Both the position numbers and the translations under genes were made by a program. Shown here in pieces: positions 9,750 to 19,066 of a stretch of 64,000 bases of DNA (the stretch's first letter is position 1; each line of letters opens with the position of its first letter). The notes beneath the pieces are model-generated. The model did not search any database and had not been told where the DNA came from. It was given only the letters and a program-made list of their open reading frames with translations. Source of the DNA: a virus; IMG/VR virus record IMGVR_UViG_3300034072_002256, positions 1 to 64,000 of that record. One strand, 5' to 3'.

Positions 9750-9780
9750 CCCGCCAACAACCATCGCTATTGGAGACCCC

Positions 9781-10410
9781 ATGGATACTTCTACACATGC
9801 AATTCCTGCCGGCTACTGGCAGAACGCTCAGGGTGCGTTAATCCCTGTGGAAATGGTGAAGCCGATTGACCGGGCACGGAATGATTTAGTGCATGAACTG
9901 GTGCAAAAGGCCAATGAACTGAGCCAGTTAATGGCCAAGTTTAAGACTTCAGCTTTTGCTGATATTGCTGCTTTTGTTGACCTGTCGCTGGAGCAGTACG
10001 ACACCAACGTTGGCGGCAAAAAGGGCAACTTGACGCTGTACAGCTTTGATGGCCGCTACAAAGTGCAGCGCGCTATTCAGGAGCACCTGCAATTTGATGA
10101 AAGGCTGCAGGCGGCACGGGCACTAATTGACGAATGCCTGGCTGATTGGACGGCCGGCGCTGCACCGGAATTAAAAGCTATTGTGGCCAACGCCTTTAAC
10201 ACGGACAAGGCCGGCAACATCAGCACCAGTCGGGTGCTGGGACTGCGTCGACTCGATATTAAAGACGAGCGCTGGCTTAAGGCCATGACCGCAATTGGTG
10301 AAGCGGTGCAGGTTGTCGGCAGCAAGGCTTACATCCGGGTGTATGAGCGCATCGGCGAGTCAGATATGTACCGGTCTATTCCCCTGGATATTGCGGCGGT
10401 GCAGCTATGA
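9781..10410 (+). CDS. DUF3164-like early protein
   Basis: GYWQNAQGALIP...GGKKGNLTLYSFDG...YIRVYER; GGAG RBS. Confidence 0.85.
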   Translation: MDTSTHAIPAGYWQNAQGALIPVEMVKPIDRARNDLVHELVQKANELSQLMAKFKTSAFADIAAFVDLSLEQYDTNVGGKKGNLTLYSFDGRYKVQRAIQEHLQFDERLQAARALIDECLADWTAGAAPELKAIVANAFNTDKAGNISTSRVLGLRRLDIKDERWLKAMTAIGEAVQVVGSKAYIRVYERIGESDMYRSIPLDIAAVQL

Positions 10411-10610
10411 CAGCGCCAGCACGTAAGCGAGCCGTACGGCCTGACGATGAAGCCATTCGGCGTGAAATCGCGGTGTCTTTGGCTATTCGGGAACAGTACG
10501 TCACTAATCAACCAGGTAACACCTTTGAACAGGGAGTAGCTGCAGCGCTGCTGTGGGTACTGGGCAACGGCGAACTGCCGAACGGGGAGACAAAGGGATG
10601 GATGAACTGA
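10407..10610 (+). CDS. Hypothetical protein
   Basis: 67 aa, conserved in prophage 2. Confidence 0.7.
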   Translation: MTAPARKRAVRPDDEAIRREIAVSLAIREQYVTNQPGNTFEQGVAAALLWVLGNGELPNGETKGWMN

Positions 10611-10622
10611 CCAAAGCATGAA

Positions 10623-10691
10623 GCGAAACAGTCCGGTATTGATGACCGGGCTGTCTATCCAGCGTCGTGGCTGGGTACTGATGAGCAGCGA
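10623..10691 (+). ncRNA. Type II hammerhead ribozyme
   Basis: GC-GAAA, stem III, GUC (cut after 10655), stem I TATCCAGC/GCTGGGTA, CUGAUGA-GC; loop I UCGU can pair with 3' GCGA. Confidence 0.9.
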
Positions 10692-10705
10692 AGAGGTAAG
10701 CAGTT

Positions 10706-11272
10706 TTGCAGACGAAAACATCAAAGCAGCATCTGATTAAGATGCTCCACATCGGCAAAAGCCAACTGCACATGGCCGATGAAAGCTATCGGGCGCTATT
10801 GGCCCACCACGGCAAAGGCAAAACCAGCAGCACTCAGTTAAACATTGTAGAGCTGCAGGCTGTGTTTGATGCCATGGTTAATCTGGGTTTTAAGGTCGCT
10901 AAAAAGCCAGTTAAACCGGGGCAAAAACGCTTAAGCCCAGCCCGTGCTGATGGCCCGCAGGACATTCGCGCAGTGATCCGCGCTGTTTGGGTATTTATGG
11001 CCAAGGCCGAGTTCCTGAACAATGGCAGCGAAACCGCGTTGAATAGCTGGGTGCAGCGCATGACCGCTGAAATGAATAGCGGCATGGGTGTCGCTGAGGT
11101 GCAGTGGCTGCAGGATGACATGGCCGTGAAGGTGCTGGAGTCTTTGAAGCGTTGGTGCCGGCGTGAAATGTTCAACGCTCTACGCTCTGACGGCCACGAA
11201 ATCCACCCACAGGCCAGTTACAGCCAGGTGCTGTCTAAATGGCAACGAATCTATGAAGGGCAGAGCGCATGA
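10706..11272 (+). CDS. gemA: Mu gp16/GemA-family protein
   Basis: LIKMLHIGKSQL..YRALL..GKTSS...IRAVW...ESLKRW; TTG start after GAGG. Confidence 0.85.
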   Translation: MQTKTSKQHLIKMLHIGKSQLHMADESYRALLAHHGKGKTSSTQLNIVELQAVFDAMVNLGFKVAKKPVKPGQKRLSPARADGPQDIRAVIRAVWVFMAKAEFLNNGSETALNSWVQRMTAEMNSGMGVAEVQWLQDDMAVKVLESLKRWCRREMFNALRSDGHEIHPQASYSQVLSKWQRIYEGQSA

Positions 11273-11751
11273 AGTTAGGCCGCTGCCCAGTTTGTCACAG
11301 TCACATTCAGCTGGACGCATTGATCCAGGATGAAGCTGGCCGTCAGCTACTTGGCCTGATGTCAAAGCTGGGTTACCAGCTGGCACCGGCGCTGGTGAGT
11401 TATCTGGGCCTGTTCCGGCCCGCCAAACAAGACCTATCCAATGGCCGCGCTTTAAATCTGGCGCAAGAAACACTGGCACTGACATCTAACCAGCCGTTGT
11501 TGGCTGAGGCACTGCGCGAGACTGTGCAAAGCATTCACAACAAACGGCACCAGGGCGAAAACAAGCCGCTGGCCAATCACAACTATCTAAGGCGGGTGAT
11601 GGAAGCCAAGGCGCAAGCGCCGGTGGCCAATCGTTCGCCCAGTATTGAGCTGAAGCAACAGCACCAGCTGTCAGCAGCGGAAGACCGCAGATTGTTTGAA
11701 GAGCGCATGCAGCAGTTAGGCGGCCGTGTATTTACCAAGGTGGAACCATGA
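11269..11751 (+). CDS. Conserved Mu-like hypothetical protein with N-terminal CPVC
   Basis: MKLGRCPVCH...YLGLFRP...PLANHNYL; conserved in prophage 2. Confidence 0.8.
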   Translation: MKLGRCPVCHSHIQLDALIQDEAGRQLLGLMSKLGYQLAPALVSYLGLFRPAKQDLSNGRALNLAQETLALTSNQPLLAEALRETVQSIHNKRHQGENKPLANHNYLRRVMEAKAQAPVANRSPSIELKQQHQLSAAEDRRLFEERMQQLGGRVFTKVEP

Positions 11752-12170
11752 GCGAACAGCAGTTAGACGCCTTTTCGACGCCAGAAGAACTGCAGGATTT
11801 ACTGCAGCAGTTGGAGAATTTGCCTGACGACCAGCGTCAGGATGTGGTGAAACGCATTCCGGCCATGCTCCAAAGCCTGATGGCACTGTTCACCAGTGAG
11901 CTGCGCAGCAAAGGCGCCAAGGATCCAGAACGGCTGGCAGAACACCTGGTGATTTGCATGGCGAACTACTTTGGCGGCATGCAGCTGTATTTACCACGCA
12001 ACGATAAGCTGGCGCTGGAACTTCGCAACATCCGGATTTACCAGCAACACCGGGGCGGCAATACAGAACAGCTGGCGCGCCAATACGGCCTGACGTCAAT
12101 TCAGATTTATCATATCGTGCGGGAGCAGACTGTGGCTGAGCGGGCTAGACGGCAGATGGGGTTGTTTTAG
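11748..12170 (+). CDS. Mor/C-family transcription activator
   Basis: YFGGMQLYLP...RNIRIY...LARQYGLT..QIYHIV. Confidence 0.9.
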   Translation: MSEQQLDAFSTPEELQDLLQQLENLPDDQRQDVVKRIPAMLQSLMALFTSELRSKGAKDPERLAEHLVICMANYFGGMQLYLPRNDKLALELRNIRIYQQHRGGNTEQLARQYGLTSIQIYHIVREQTVAERARRQMGLF

Positions 12171-12183
12171 AAACGCTAGGTTG

Positions 12184-12213
12184 TTGAGTCTTTTAAATGT
12201 TTTCCGTTATAGT
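12184..12213 (+). promoter_or_regulatory. sigma70 promoter of the ParB/methylase moron
   Basis: TTGAGT-N18-TATAGT; same at 51490-51519. Confidence 0.65.
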
Positions 12214-12242
12214 CACAAAATTGACCATGCAAAGGAAAGCCA

Positions 12243-13691
12243 ATGTACTCTTCTGAAACTCTCAACCTCGCAAAACTTGTTGTTAACCAAGACAATCCTC
12301 GATTTCCTGAACCTCAAGAAAATCAAAGAGCTGCAATAAACACAATGCTCAGGTTACAACAAGATAAGTTAATACAACTGGCAACTGATATTTGCGAAAG
12401 AGGATTAGATCCGACTGAAAGAGTTTTAGTGGTGCCATCGATTGAATATGAGGGGCGCTTTAAGGTCCTCGAGGGAAATCGTCGTATAACTGCGCTTAAA
12501 ATTTTGCACGAAAATGGTTTGATAGATGATGAAAAGACAAAAGCTGTTATAAGCCGACTAGCAAAAACAGCTCAGTCACTACCTCAGACAATCGAATGTG
12601 CAGTTCTGGAGGATGAGGCAGACTCTGAGCACTGGGTTTCATTGAAACATACAGGACAGAATAGTGGAAAGGGTCGTGTTGAATGGCAAACTACTGAAAA
12701 AGAACGTTTTAAAGCTAGCCTAGGCAAAGAATCCTATACGAATCAATTTTATACATATCTTATGTCGGAAGACATGTTTGAAGATATGAGAGCTGATATC
12801 AAAAGGTTGGTCAAACCTACGAATATAGGTCGCTTGCTAGGCGATCCGCATGTTCGAAAATGTCTCAATTTGGAGCCAATAAACGGTTTTTTATTTTGCA
12901 AGATTTCTAAAGAACAATTCTTTGATAAGTGTTATGTGTTGGTCAATGAAATGCTTGGTAACGGTGCTATCGAAAACTTTCGAGTGCAGAACATTTTTTA
13001 TAAAGAAGACCGCTCAGGTTTGATGTCAAAGCTCCGCATCAATGAGTTTTTCACTGGATTGAGAGACAAACCATGGAAAATTAGTGAGCCTCAGAAATAT
13101 CAGGAAGAAACACCGAATTCGCAAACTCAGGGAAGTGAGACTCAGCAAAGTGGTTCTGAAAAAAGCAGAAATGCCAATCAAGAAAGCACTTCCACTACTA
13201 CTGATACGACTAAACCTGATAATAAAGAAACCGGCAGCAGGAAGCATCGACCTGAAAATTCAGATAGGAATAAACTGATTAGTCAGTATTTTACGCTTAA
13301 AATTGAGTCTCAAAAGTGCAATGAGATATTTAAGGAGCTGAAAACGAAGTTAGTTCCTATTGAACCGTATAAATACAGCATTAGTGTAATGATACGAATT
13401 TTTCTCGATTTATCAGTCTCATACTTCATCGAGCATAGAGTACCCAAGGCAAAGAGAGTAAAATGCCAAGGGCTACATGAAAAAATAGTTTTTGTTAGCA
13501 ACTACTTGCGAGACAATGACGAATTGGCACCGAGTCAAGCGACCGCAGTACAGACATTTTCCAGCTCTGTTACGGGGAGAACTGGTGATTTACAACAGTA
13601 TGTACATAACGAAAGTTTCCAGCCCGAAAAATCCAAGCTTATTGCCGAGTGGGATAATTTTTCTCCCTTATTTCGCGCTATCTGGAAATAA
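12243..13691 (+). CDS. ParB/Srx-like N-terminal domain protein with putative C-terminal HEPN-like domain
   Basis: NPRF and VLEGNRR ParB motifs; helical C-terminus with IRIFLDLS and LQQYVHN; AT-richer than flanks. Confidence 0.75.
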   Translation: MYSSETLNLAKLVVNQDNPRFPEPQENQRAAINTMLRLQQDKLIQLATDICERGLDPTERVLVVPSIEYEGRFKVLEGNRRITALKILHENGLIDDEKTKAVISRLAKTAQSLPQTIECAVLEDEADSEHWVSLKHTGQNSGKGRVEWQTTEKERFKASLGKESYTNQFYTYLMSEDMFEDMRADIKRLVKPTNIGRLLGDPHVRKCLNLEPINGFLFCKISKEQFFDKCYVLVNEMLGNGAIENFRVQNIFYKEDRSGLMSKLRINEFFTGLRDKPWKISEPQKYQEETPNSQTQGSETQQSGSEKSRNANQESTSTTTDTTKPDNKETGSRKHRPENSDRNKLISQYFTLKIESQKCNEIFKELKTKLVPIEPYKYSISVMIRIFLDLSVSYFIEHRVPKAKRVKCQGLHEKIVFVSNYLRDNDELAPSQATAVQTFSSSVTGRTGDLQQYVHNESFQPEKSKLIAEWDNFSPLFRAIWK

Positions 13692-13706
13692 CAAGGTCAA
13701 TTTGGA

Positions 13707-14561
13707 ATGAGATACTACACCCCGTTACGGTACCCAGGTGGAAAAGGCAAGCTTTCCTATTTCTTAAAAGCGTTGCTAGAAGATAATAATCTTGTTGGAG
13801 GCGCTTATGTAGAGCCATTTGCTGGTGGTGCAGGGATAGCCTTAGAATTGCTCCTTCAAGAATTTGTTAGCGAGATTTACATAAACGACATCGACTACGC
13901 TGTTTATTCTTTTTGGCGCTCTGTTATCGACCACACTGAAGATTTGTGTGCTGCTATTGAAAATACAGCAGTGACAATCGATGAATGGCATAAGCAACGT
14001 GAAATACTGAAATCTTCAGATGACATTTTGGAATTAGGGTTTGCTGCGTTTTTTTTAAACAGAACAAATCGGTCAGGGATTCTCAATGCAGGTGTAATCG
14101 GAGGGAAAAAGCAAGACGGAAAGTGGAAACTTGATGTCAGATTTAACAAGGCGGAGCTAATCGAACGAATCCGAAAAATAGCAAGTCATAGAGAGCGTAT
14201 TCATGTTACCAATATGGATGCTGTTCAATTCTTAAACACAATCACACATATTTTGCCGCGTCGTTCTTTAATTTATTTAGACCCGCCCTATTACGTAAAA
14301 GGGCAAGGTCTCTACAGGAACTTTTACGAACATCAAGATCATGTAGATATAAAAAATGTCGTCGCGAGTATTCCTGATATTCCTTGGATGGTTTCGTACG
14401 ACAATTGCCCTGCGATTAGAGAAATTTATTCAGATTTTGAAATCTTTGAGTACGCACTCCAGTACACGGCGCAGGATAAGAAGGTTGGTTCGGAACTAAT
14501 GGTTTTCTCCGACTCACTAGCACTGCCTGAAACAACGCTTGGCAAAAGTCTAGTAGCTTAG
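13707..14561 (+). CDS. DNA adenine methyltransferase (Dam/D12 class)
   Basis: PLRYPGGK, EPFAGG and YLDPPY motifs. Confidence 0.93.
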   Translation: MRYYTPLRYPGGKGKLSYFLKALLEDNNLVGGAYVEPFAGGAGIALELLLQEFVSEIYINDIDYAVYSFWRSVIDHTEDLCAAIENTAVTIDEWHKQREILKSSDDILELGFAAFFLNRTNRSGILNAGVIGGKKQDGKWKLDVRFNKAELIERIRKIASHRERIHVTNMDAVQFLNTITHILPRRSLIYLDPPYYVKGQGLYRNFYEHQDHVDIKNVVASIPDIPWMVSYDNCPAIREIYSDFEIFEYALQYTAQDKKVGSELMVFSDSLALPETTLGKSLVA

Positions 14562-14597
14562 TTAAGTAGTTTAATCTCAACAGTTTATCTAGAAAAA

Positions 14598-14633
14598 CTA
14601 ATCTGCGGTCACCAATGACCAACCGCAGATTAG
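14598..14633 (+). promoter_or_regulatory. Hairpin occluding the RBS of the first lysis gene
   Basis: CTAATCTGCGGT/ACCGCAGATTAG 12-bp inverted repeat; same in prophage 2. Confidence 0.6.
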
Positions 14634-14637
14634 GCCG

Positions 14638-15072
14638 ATGTCCCCCAAGCTTAAACTCCATTTAAAAACTCATTCTTTTTCCCACGGCACCTATGGCGAA
14701 CTGTTTGACGGTAATACCGGCGAACGGCTTTGCGTAACGGTCGAATGCCCCTGGTTAAACAACGAAGCGGGCCGCAGCTGTGTGCCGGCCGGCGACTATG
14801 TTGTTGAATTCCATGTCAGCCCACGCTTTGGCAAATCCCTGATTATTGCCGCACCAAGTCTTGGTGTTACCCACGAAGGCCCGAGCCTTCGCACTCACTG
14901 TTTATTCCATGCCGCTAACCGGGCGTCAGAACTCAAAGGCTGTATTGCGCCAGGTGTGCGTTTTGGCTCTGTTGACGATGACTGGGCAGTGCTGGATTCG
15001 CGTAAAGCACTCGACAAGCTGCTGGTACTGGTTGGCAACGATAAAGTGCCACTGCGTATCGAGCGTGCGTGA
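14638..15072 (+). CDS. DUF5675-like putative endolysin
   Basis: TYGEL...CVTVECPW..N....SCVPAGDY...FHAAN..ELKGCIAPG; position at start of late genes. Confidence 0.75.
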   Translation: MSPKLKLHLKTHSFSHGTYGELFDGNTGERLCVTVECPWLNNEAGRSCVPAGDYVVEFHVSPRFGKSLIIAAPSLGVTHEGPSLRTHCLFHAANRASELKGCIAPGVRFGSVDDDWAVLDSRKALDKLLVLVGNDKVPLRIERA

Positions 15073-15329
15073 TGGGGCGCAACTGGGACTGGAGCTTTGA
15101 CTGCGGGCGCGAAAAACGCCTGCAGGCAGAGCACGCAGCTGCCCACGGCGGCGCACCGGTGCCGGTTAAACCACCTCTGCATAGCCATGACGGCACGATG
15201 CAATCTTTCTTCGAAAATGGCTGGGCCTCGCCAACACCGGTGGAGATCCAGCGTCATATCCACCCACCGCCGCCGATTGGTTTACAACTCAAAACCAACC
15301 AACGGCTGCGCGACCTGTTAGGAATTTGA
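15069..15329 (+). CDS. Hypothetical protein
   Basis: Overlapping ORF conserved in prophage 2. Confidence 0.65.
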   Translation: MMGRNWDWSFDCGREKRLQAEHAAAHGGAPVPVKPPLHSHDGTMQSFFENGWASPTPVEIQRHIHPPPPIGLQLKTNQRLRDLLGI

Positions 15330-15910
15330 TTATGTCCATTGCACTTGTGGCCAGCGTGGCCGCCATGGCTGTGCGCCAAGGTCCAAACGTGATCCGCGGT
15401 ATTGCGTCTTTATTTGGCGGGAATGATACCGCTGACAAAGTGGCCAACATTGTGGAGCAAGTCGGCAGTATCGCCGGTATCAGTCCGGAGCAAAAAGTTG
15501 CGAAAGTCGCCGAGAAAATCGCAGCGCTGCCACCGGAAGTATTGCTGGGGTTAGAACAGCTCAAAGTGGAGCTGGAAAAAGAACAAACCCGGCGCCAGGA
15601 GCTGGCTTACAACGACCAGCAAACCACGCACCGCGAAACCCAAATGACGATCCGAAACGGCGATAACGCCACGGACGAATATGTCCGTCGAACCCGGCCG
15701 ATGATGGCCCGGCAGTCGTTTTATCTCGGGTCGTTGTATGTGATTGCGATGGAGCTGTTGCTGGCGATTGGTAAAACAACCACTGGCGCCGATTGGGCAC
15801 TGGCCATGGCGATTTATACCCCAGCGCTTAGCTACATGGGCCTGCGGACTCTGGATGGCTTTGCGCCTTTTGGTAAAAACAGCAGCCAAAAGCCAGGGAA
15901 GCCGGCATGA
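15326..15910 (+). CDS. Putative holin-like membrane protein
   Basis: Coiled region then YVRRTRP and two hydrophobic helices; lysis-cassette position. Confidence 0.6.
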   Translation: MIMSIALVASVAAMAVRQGPNVIRGIASLFGGNDTADKVANIVEQVGSIAGISPEQKVAKVAEKIAALPPEVLLGLEQLKVELEKEQTRRQELAYNDQQTTHRETQMTIRNGDNATDEYVRRTRPMMARQSFYLGSLYVIAMELLLAIGKTTTGADWALAMAIYTPALSYMGLRTLDGFAPFGKNSSQKPGKPA

Positions 15911-16140
15911 CAGATGTAATCGACCAGGCTGCACTGCGGGAAGAGCAGATCCGACAACAGGCTATCAATGCTGTGCTTAGCAAACCGCTTGAATCTCAGG
16001 ATATCGACGACGCGGGCAATCATTACTGCAATGACTGCGGCATTCAGATCCCGCCCAAACGCATTGCTGCAGTGCCCCATGCCGTGTGCTGTATCGACTG
16101 CCAAACCATCCGCGAACACAAGGGAAAGCACTTTGTTTGA
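15907..16140 (+). CDS. TraR/DksA C4 zinc-finger protein
   Basis: DVIDQA; CNDCG..IP..RIAAVP.A.CCIDCQ. Confidence 0.9.
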   Translation: MTDVIDQAALREEQIRQQAINAVLSKPLESQDIDDAGNHYCNDCGIQIPPKRIAAVPHAVCCIDCQTIREHKGKHFV

Positions 16141-16471
16141 AGACATCAATTACACCGGGGCCAAGTTCTGGCTGGACTTTCTGCAAGTCGCTTTTACCGC
16201 GTTGATTGGCTTGTATGTCTGGCTCAGCAAGCCCACCAAGCAAAACAAAATCGCCACTGAACAGCTCAAGGACATTCTGGTGGCGCAGGACCGTCGACTG
16301 GGAGAACTGGAGTTAAAGCTGCAGTTCATTCCAGACCAGGACGAATTCCATGCCCTGGATAAAAAGGTGTCTGAGCTGGTCGGCAAGATGGACAACGTGC
16401 ATGGCCGGATGCGCAGTGTCGACCAAAAACTGGATTTATTAATCGAAAACGAACTGCGAGGGAAATCCTGA
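16133..16471 (+). CDS. Mu gp25/DUF2730-like membrane-anchored protein
   Basis: TTG start; N-terminal TM helix, coiled C-terminus ending LLIENEL. Confidence 0.7.
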   Translation: MFEDINYTGAKFWLDFLQVAFTALIGLYVWLSKPTKQNKIATEQLKDILVAQDRRLGELELKLQFIPDQDEFHALDKKVSELVGKMDNVHGRMRSVDQKLDLLIENELRGKS

Positions 16472-16761
16472 TGTTGCAGGAATTGATGACCGAACATCAG
16501 CGGCTGGCCATTTTACGCCTGCTGGCTGAGGACTCAGGGTATGACCTGAACGAGTCCATTTTACATGATGGCGTGAATGCGCTGGGGCTGGATATCAGCC
16601 GGGACCAGCTGCGGACACAGTTAGCCTGGCTCAGTGAACAGGGCTGTGTGACGCTCGACAAAGTTGGCTCTGTGCAGGTCGCCAAATTGACCGGACGTGG
16701 CTTAGACGCCGCCACAGGCCGCGCTCGCATCCCAGGGATTAAACGCCCAACACCACAATAA
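16471..16761 (+). CDS. Mu gp26-like winged-helix protein
   Basis: RLAILRLL...LAWLSEQG...LTGRGLDAATGRARIPGIKRP. Confidence 0.8.
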   Translation: MLQELMTEHQRLAILRLLAEDSGYDLNESILHDGVNALGLDISRDQLRTQLAWLSEQGCVTLDKVGSVQVAKLTGRGLDAATGRARIPGIKRPTPQ

Positions 16762-16773
16762 AAGGTGCCCCCG

Positions 16774-17355
16774 ATGAATGACAAAGTCACCAGGGGCCGT
16801 CGCAGCAAAATCCATCTGTTACCCGAAGAGATCCGGCGTGAGCTGGACGCCAAGCTGCGCGATGGCCGCCTGACCCAGCAAGACGTGCTGGACTATATCA
16901 ACGACCTTATCGAACAAAGCCAACTGCCTGAAGACGAAAAGTCAGAGCTGAAAATCAGCCGCTCTGGCCTGAACCGTTATGCGACTCATCTTGAAACCAT
17001 AGGCAAAGACATTCGCGAACTGCGGGAAGTTAGCAATGCATTGGTTGCACAGCTTGGCGACAAACCTACTGGTGATGTCAGCAAGATGATTTTGGAGATT
17101 GGCCGCACTCAGCTGTTCAAAGCCATGATGCAGCAGTCGTCAGCGGAAGAAATGGATATCGGCCTGATTAAGGACGCCATGTTGGCTGCACAGCGCCTTG
17201 AAGCTGCAGCGATGCAAAGCCATAAGCGCGAAAAAGAGATCCGCCAGTTGTTTGCCGCTGAGGCTGCCGAAGCTGCTGAAAAAGTCGCGAAGCAAGCCGG
17301 TTTAACCGCCGAAGGTGTGGCCACGCTTAAACGTGAAATTCTGGGGATCGCCTGA
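16774..17355 (+). CDS. Terminase small subunit (Mu gp27/DUF3486-like)
   Basis: GRRSKIHLLP...ISRSGLNRY...ILGIA; upstream of TerL. Confidence 0.85.
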   Translation: MNDKVTRGRRSKIHLLPEEIRRELDAKLRDGRLTQQDVLDYINDLIEQSQLPEDEKSELKISRSGLNRYATHLETIGKDIRELREVSNALVAQLGDKPTGDVSKMILEIGRTQLFKAMMQQSSAEEMDIGLIKDAMLAAQRLEAAAMQSHKREKEIRQLFAAEAAEAAEKVAKQAGLTAEGVATLKREILGIA

Positions 17356-19055
17356 TGAAGCTGCGTAAGGTCATTCAGGCGTCTGTGCTGGCAAGCAGCC
17401 TGGTGCTATCGCCTTTGGCTCAGGCGATTCAGGTCAAAGCACCGGCCAGTCAATCAGCCATTGCAACCAATGCGCCTGTGCTGCAGGTGACAGCCGCGCA
17501 GAACGCGCAGGCAGTTGCTGATCACAACGCAGGCCAGCTCAGTCTGTTTGATCCTGGCGAAGTGTTGCTGGGTTACCAGAAACGCTGGATAGCGGACGAA
17601 AGTCCTTTAAAAATTGCTGAGAAAAGTCGGCGAACCGGCATTACCTGGGCAGAAGCATGTGATGCGGTGCTGTGTGCATCCACCCGGCGCCAGGATGGCG
17701 GCTGCAACCATTTCTATGTGGGCAGCAACAAAGAGATGGCCCGCGAGTTTATCGAAGCGGCGGCCATGTGGGCGCGGGTCTTTAATAAAGCCGGTTCAGA
17801 AATTCAGGAAGAGCTGTTTGTTGATGATGGCCAAGAAGGCAAAGAGATCCTGACCTTTGTCGTGCACTTTGCCAGCGGCTACAAGATTCAGGCGTTAAGC
17901 TCCAACCCGTCGAACCTTCGCGGTATGCAGGGTAATGTCACCATCGACGAAGCCGCATTCCACGAACGTCTGGCCGAAGTATTAAAGGCTGCCCTGGCAT
18001 TGACCATGTGGGGCAGTAAAGTCCGTTTAATCAGCACCCATAACGGCATTGAAAACCTGTTCAACCAGCTGATTCAAGACAGCCGCGCCGGCAAAAAACG
18101 CTACTCAATCCATACCATCACGCTGGATGATGCCTGCCGCGATGGTCTGTACCAGCGCATCTGCCAGACACGAAAGCTCAGCTGGAGCATGGAAAAAGAA
18201 ATCGAGTGGAAGGAAGGTCTGCTTAAAGACACCGCCACCGAAGAAGACGCGCTGGAAGAATATTTCTGTGTGCCCAAGGCAGGCTCCGGGGTCTATCTCA
18301 AACGGACGCTGATTGACCGGGCTATGGTCAAAGAAGTGCCGATTGTGCGCTTTAAGCCCTCCAAAGATTTTGAACTCTTGCCGGAATCCACCCGCGATAA
18401 GCTGGTGCTGGACTGGTGTAACGACGTTCTGAAACCATTGCTCGATGCGCTGCCGGATAACTGCCGCCATGTGTTTGGTGAAGACTTTGCGCGCCGGGGC
18501 GACTTGTCGGTTTTTGTCCCGCTGACCATCAAACCAGATCTCACCAAGCGGGTGCCGTTTGTGGTGGAGCTATCAGGCACCACCTATGACGCCCAGCGCC
18601 AAATCATGTTTTACATCCTGCAGCGATTACCCCGGTTTACCAGCGCGGCTTTTGATGGCACCGGTAACGGCGGCTATCTGGCTGAGGCGGCCCGGCTTCG
18701 CTATGGCACTGAAGTGATTGACTGCGTGATGCTCAGCCAAGCCTGGTATCGCGAGTGGATGCCCAAGCTTAAAGCTGAGTTTGAAGACGGCAACATCGAG
18801 ATCCCGCGCCACCAGGATATTCAGGATGACCTTTGCAAAATCCAGCTCAAGAACGGGATCCCGCAAATTGAGAAAGGTTCAGGCAGCGGCTCTGATGGCC
18901 AACAGCGTCACGGCGACTTTGCAGTAGCGCTGGCCATGGCCATTCGCGCCAGCTGGATGGAAGGCGGCAGTATTGATTTTATTCCATTGCCCGGACGCAC
19001 TGAAGCCGGCGATGACGACGATGACTTACCCAGCCATGACATTGGCTGCTTCTGA
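17355..19055 (+). CDS. Terminase large subunit (Mu gp28-like)
   Basis: YQKRW, KSRRTGITWAEA, IDEAAFH, GEDFAR and HGD motifs. Confidence 0.95.
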   Translation: MKLRKVIQASVLASSLVLSPLAQAIQVKAPASQSAIATNAPVLQVTAAQNAQAVADHNAGQLSLFDPGEVLLGYQKRWIADESPLKIAEKSRRTGITWAEACDAVLCASTRRQDGGCNHFYVGSNKEMAREFIEAAAMWARVFNKAGSEIQEELFVDDGQEGKEILTFVVHFASGYKIQALSSNPSNLRGMQGNVTIDEAAFHERLAEVLKAALALTMWGSKVRLISTHNGIENLFNQLIQDSRAGKKRYSIHTITLDDACRDGLYQRICQTRKLSWSMEKEIEWKEGLLKDTATEEDALEEYFCVPKAGSGVYLKRTLIDRAMVKEVPIVRFKPSKDFELLPESTRDKLVLDWCNDVLKPLLDALPDNCRHVFGEDFARRGDLSVFVPLTIKPDLTKRVPFVVELSGTTYDAQRQIMFYILQRLPRFTSAAFDGTGNGGYLAEAARLRYGTEVIDCVMLSQAWYREWMPKLKAEFEDGNIEIPRHQDIQDDLCKIQLKNGIPQIEKGSGSGSDGQQRHGDFAVALAMAIRASWMEGGSIDFIPLPGRTEAGDDDDDLPSHDIGCF

Positions 19056-19066
19056 CGGTACTCACC

